A DNA stretch of 64,000 nt from a virus, in IMG/VR virus record IMGVR_UViG_3300045988_179014, positions 1 through 64,000 of that record; one strand, given 5' to 3'. The notes under the pieces are model-generated. The model worked only from the letters and a program-made list of their open reading frames with translations, searched no databases and was not told the DNA's origin. The position numbers and the translations under genes were made by a program. Positions within the stretch are counted from its first letter, which is position 1. Each line of letters starts with the position of its first letter. Shown piece after piece: positions 60,922 through 64,000 of this stretch.

Positions 60922-61659
60922 CTATGCCAAAGTAATCAAAACGACTGTGAGCAAATTATAGGTCACGTGTAACGCATATGATGGATAAATGGAATCCGTC
61001 TTCCACAGAAACAATCCTGTCACCAAACCCATGACAGTACTCCATGCGATGACGAAAAAATCGCTAACCGTTGAGAACCCTTGAGTGTGAGCCAAACCAA
61101 ATGCCACTGAAGAAACAATTAAACCAACAATAGCGCCCTTTTTCTTATCACTGAAAGAATCCTGAACAAACCCCATTGTGTAGCCACGGAAGAAAACCTC
61201 TTCAACGAATGGTACAACAATTGGAGCCACCAGAAGCATGATGAAATAACGCCAGAAGCCATCCAACTGACCAATAGAAGCGGATGTATTACTGGATGCC
61301 AACGAAACACCCATACTCTTCAACACAATCGCAATACATTGAAGCAAAACTAGCATGAAAACACCAGCAAAAGCTCCAAACATGATAGTTTTCCACTGGA
61401 AGTTCTGAATTCTTAGTTTTTGTTTCCAATCAGAGACGACCTCAGCTGTATTCAAGCCAACATAAATAACCAGTACTTCAGCTGCAACAGTGGCTATAAC
61501 CGCTGTTCCTACATTGAGCATGTTTAAAATTGCAAACGGAACAACCATAACCGCGCTTGTCAATAAAAGCATTGGTAATGAAAAAAGGCCCAACAATCTG
61601 TTACGCATTGCATAATCTTTCACCACAACAACACGTGGCTCCTGAAGAGGTTCGCTCAT
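60922..61659 (-). CDS. CPBP-family intramembrane metalloprotease (CAAX protease / Abi-domain protein)
   Basis: Motif 1 EEVFFRGY (PFVEEVFFRGYTMGF), motif FGLAH, and about 7 TM helices. Confidence 0.65.
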   Translation of the reverse strand: MSEPLQEPRVVVVKDYAMRNRLLGLFSLPMLLLTSAVMVVPFAILNMLNVGTAVIATVAAEVLVIYVGLNTAEVVSDWKQKLRIQNFQWKTIMFGAFAGVFMLVLLQCIAIVLKSMGVSLASSNTSASIGQLDGFWRYFIMLLVAPIVVPFVEEVFFRGYTMGFVQDSFSDKKKGAIVGLIVSSVAFGLAHTQGFSTVSDFFVIAWSTVMGLVTGLFLWKTDSIYPSYALHVTYNLLTVVLITLA

Positions 61660-62206
61660 ATTCCTCGTACACCTTTCCTATGGATGAAACCACTGTACCC
61701 TGAACACACGGGTTTCATCATCTACCATCCTAGTTTATCAGGAACACAACAATTCAACCAACACAGAAACCATGAATGCAAACACAAACCCAAACAAGTA
61801 TGAGAAAAGCAACAAGAGTCCATGCGCTGTCAACCAACACCTAAAAAAGAGAACGTTGAGTCATTTAATCGGGTAAACATGACGTAACACCAACAATATA
61901 CAATCTAATAGCAAATTACATCAAAGATTAACCAACATGGAAACAAAACAAGTATGCGAATACGATTCGAGCTTGTGAAGGCGTGAACCTACTTTGACAA
62001 CGGAATTTGAGGACTGTGAGAATCAAGTAATTGTTAGTAGTGGATTAACAAGTGGTCAAAACAAGCAACAACTACATTGACCAAAAGATGAAACTCTCTA
62101 GTCAGATTGCTTTTACTTCTATGGGGAGGACACAATGATAAATACAACCCAAATAAGAACAACATCAAGTAATAAGTGTTGATTCATTCAGTTGTGTAGC
62201 ATTCAA

Positions 62207-63313
62207 TCAGTCATTGTTTTCAGCTATCAGGTCTTCTAGTTCCATGTCCCACGAATCCTCAGGACGGGAGAAGTCCTTCTTTTCCCCAAGACCCAACTCT
62301 GGTCTTCCCAGCTTGTCTTCAGAAGCGTCAGCTGTCACATCATCATTGAGACCGAATTCCTCCAAATCCAACTCGTCATCATCCATGTTGTTGGATTCCT
62401 CTTGACGGATTTGTTCAATCACGGAAGAATTGTCAACACCTTCCCGTGAATCCAAATCACCTTCCTCAAATTGAGACATGTCAACAACAGTAGCAAGTTT
62501 GGAACGCTTCTTACTGATAGGAGTTCCATCCGGGTTAAGTCCTTTACGGGCCAAATATTCATCAATCCAAGCTGGGTCAGCAAAAAGCCCTTGACCATGA
62601 TTACCAACACCATAAATACTAAGATAAAGACGGCCACGTGGGTTGGCTCTTACACGTAACCCCTCACTATTACCCAGAATCATGAGAGAAGCGTTGGTGT
62701 CAGTTCGTCCACAGTTGATACGTACACCCAAGTTGGCTTTGGTTTCACCTTTGAGAATCGTGGCATCAGGACGCTGAGTGGCAACAACAAGATGAACCCC
62801 AGCAGCACGACCAAGACGGGCAATGGAACCAAGAATCATGGCTGCTTCGCCTTTCAACTCATCATTGGCTTTACCTTCTTCGGTTTTCACTCCTTCAGGT
62901 GAGAGGAGCTCCCCCATTTCATCAACCATGACCATAAGCGCTTGCCCCTTTTCTGGCAGGTCGAGGAAGTTCTTGATTCCAAGTTGTTCCATCTCAGAAT
63001 AGCGTTTCATCATGGTCTGCTGTGCGAAACGCAATACCGTCAAAGCATCCTCCAGAGTAGTGGCAACACCTAAAACCACATTGCTGTAGGCACGAAAATC
63101 GCTTAGTTCCACTCGTTTGAGGTCAATTCCCAAGAACCGCCAATGTTCTGGACGAAGAATACACCCAAGAACAATGTTTCGTTGAACAACCGAATTGTGG
63201 GTTATCACTGAATGCCCATCATCACCACCCGCAGCGAACAACCGGTCTGGACTGTCCACGGAAATACAGCGTGATGGTACAGGGGTGATTTCTCGGGCTG
63301 ATTTTATTCGCAC
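62207..63313 (-). CDS. FtsK/SpoIIIE-family protein with degenerate Walker A (C-terminal motor-like domain)
   Basis: VHLVVATQRPDATILKGETKANLGVRINCGRTD matches the FtsK LVLATQRP...IPTRIAF region. Walker B-like MVMVDEMGEL. The position where GxTGSGKS should be instead reads RLFAAGGDDGHSVIT. Acidic C-terminal tail. Confidence 0.55.
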   Translation of the reverse strand: MRIKSAREITPVPSRCISVDSPDRLFAAGGDDGHSVITHNSVVQRNIVLGCILRPEHWRFLGIDLKRVELSDFRAYSNVVLGVATTLEDALTVLRFAQQTMMKRYSEMEQLGIKNFLDLPEKGQALMVMVDEMGELLSPEGVKTEEGKANDELKGEAAMILGSIARLGRAAGVHLVVATQRPDATILKGETKANLGVRINCGRTDTNASLMILGNSEGLRVRANPRGRLYLSIYGVGNHGQGLFADPAWIDEYLARKGLNPDGTPISKKRSKLATVVDMSQFEEGDLDSREGVDNSSVIEQIRQEESNNMDDDELDLEEFGLNDDVTADASEDKLGRPELGLGEKKDFSRPEDSWDMELEDLIAENND

Positions 63314-63394
63314 AGAAAATCCTCGTTTCAGATTTTGTCAGGATTCCAATGCCTCAAATATCAACGAATTCTTCTAATTGTTTTGATTTGTGTT

Positions 63395-63916
63395 TCAACG
63401 AGTCCATATAAAAGTTTTGGTTCCAGCATCATGAACTGGTAGATATCCTTCGTTCAGAAGAATTTGAGCATTACTGATTGGGTTTCCTGAAGAATCCTCC
63501 AAACTATAGCGTTCCCCAACCTTGAAACCAAGAATTCTGTCAGCTGATACACGTCTGGCTGTGTTGTCTCGGATGTATGCTGGTTTACTTGTATCATTGT
63601 TCATGCGCACCCAAGTAATGCTGGGTTTGTTGTGTTTCAATGCTTTCCATCCAGAGAATTTGGATTCCGTGTTTCCATGACTTGTGTTCATATCCACATA
63701 ACTGATAACAGATGTGGGGTTTTTAGTTCTGAAAAAATGCGTGTCACAACGACTGAAAGCACCTGGAATATGATGTCTTATCTTGCTGCACGACCTGATG
63801 GCCTCCCATTCTGCTGAAGTGTTGAAACGACTTTTACCATAAGTTTGAACATGTACCAGCATATCGTCATGAAACATTCCCAGACAGAAAGTTTGTTTGT
63901 TGGATGCTCCCAGCAA
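63395..63916 (-). CDS. Hypothetical protein (173 aa) upstream of the FtsK-like gene
   Basis: Intact ORF in a different frame from 62207..63313 with an 81-nt gap. Could be a separate gene or the frameshifted N-terminal part of the FtsK-like protein. Confidence 0.35.
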   Translation of the reverse strand: MLGASNKQTFCLGMFHDDMLVHVQTYGKSRFNTSAEWEAIRSCSKIRHHIPGAFSRCDTHFFRTKNPTSVISYVDMNTSHGNTESKFSGWKALKHNKPSITWVRMNNDTSKPAYIRDNTARRVSADRILGFKVGERYSLEDSSGNPISNAQILLNEGYLPVHDAGTKTFIWTR

Positions 63917-64000
63917 ATGATTTTCTCGGAGAAAACGATTTGCTTCTGATTGGGTTATTTCTTTTACAACACATGTACGTCCATGAATACAGATTGGCAG

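Overview
Bacterial-type DNA, low-to-moderate GC, with very strong strand-compositional asymmetry (hand inspection only, no tools).

Layout, left to right:
- 1-10.6 kb: minus-strand accessory genes. These include an NAD module (an NMNAT-like nucleotidyltransferase, a 2OG-Fe(II) oxygenase and NadE), several hypotheticals and a bidirectional terminator.
- 10.65-11.63 kb: ORF-free, GC-richer, apparently structured segment containing a tRNA-like gene with an aberrant 56-nt central domain.
- 11.63-11.92 kb: three tandem minus-strand tRNA-Leu-like genes.
- 12-18.5 kb: a canonical sigma70 promoter, a thioredoxin, and six tandem paralogs of an unknown family with a conserved C-terminal PSINFVELVDWDVV tail.
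- 18.5-30.4 kb: about 12 kb with no credible protein-coding ORF, extremely A/C-rich on the + strand. Twelve same-orientation copies of T-rich+CGTCGTCCCC are dispersed through 13.3-26.5 kb.
- 30.35-31.35 kb: knife-sharp compositional polarity switch, with 3x TTGTAAACA repeats, four about 80-bp-phased GCGCACACTT iterons and an AT-rich tract.
- 31.36-35.07 kb: immediately downstream, a replication-relaxation-family protein and a PilT-like ATPase, both with long acidic disordered N-terminal extensions.
- 35.1-38.4 kb: another ORF-poor stretch.
- 38.4-64 kb: a minus-strand block. It holds NAD-dependent DNA ligase, a Tad-like pilus cluster (TadZ, CpaB, two T2SSF proteins, CpaF ATPase, Flp-like pilin) with an embedded VirB4/VirD4-like ATPase and TcpE-like membrane protein, RadA, GyrA/ParC, RecX-like, a Cas4/RecB-like Fe-S nuclease, a CPBP protease and an FtsK/SpoIIIE-like protein with a degenerate P-loop.

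A roughly 140-bp module (terminator hairpin, RBS and a conserved small-ORF start) occurs twice in inverted orientation at 8.13-8.27 kb and 57.53-57.67 kb.

The most interesting candidate system is the iteron, AT-rich tract and Rep-relaxation module next to a Tad/type-IV-secretion hybrid gene set. It is a possible novel conjugative or replicative element, bordered by an unexplained 12-kb non-coding motif array.
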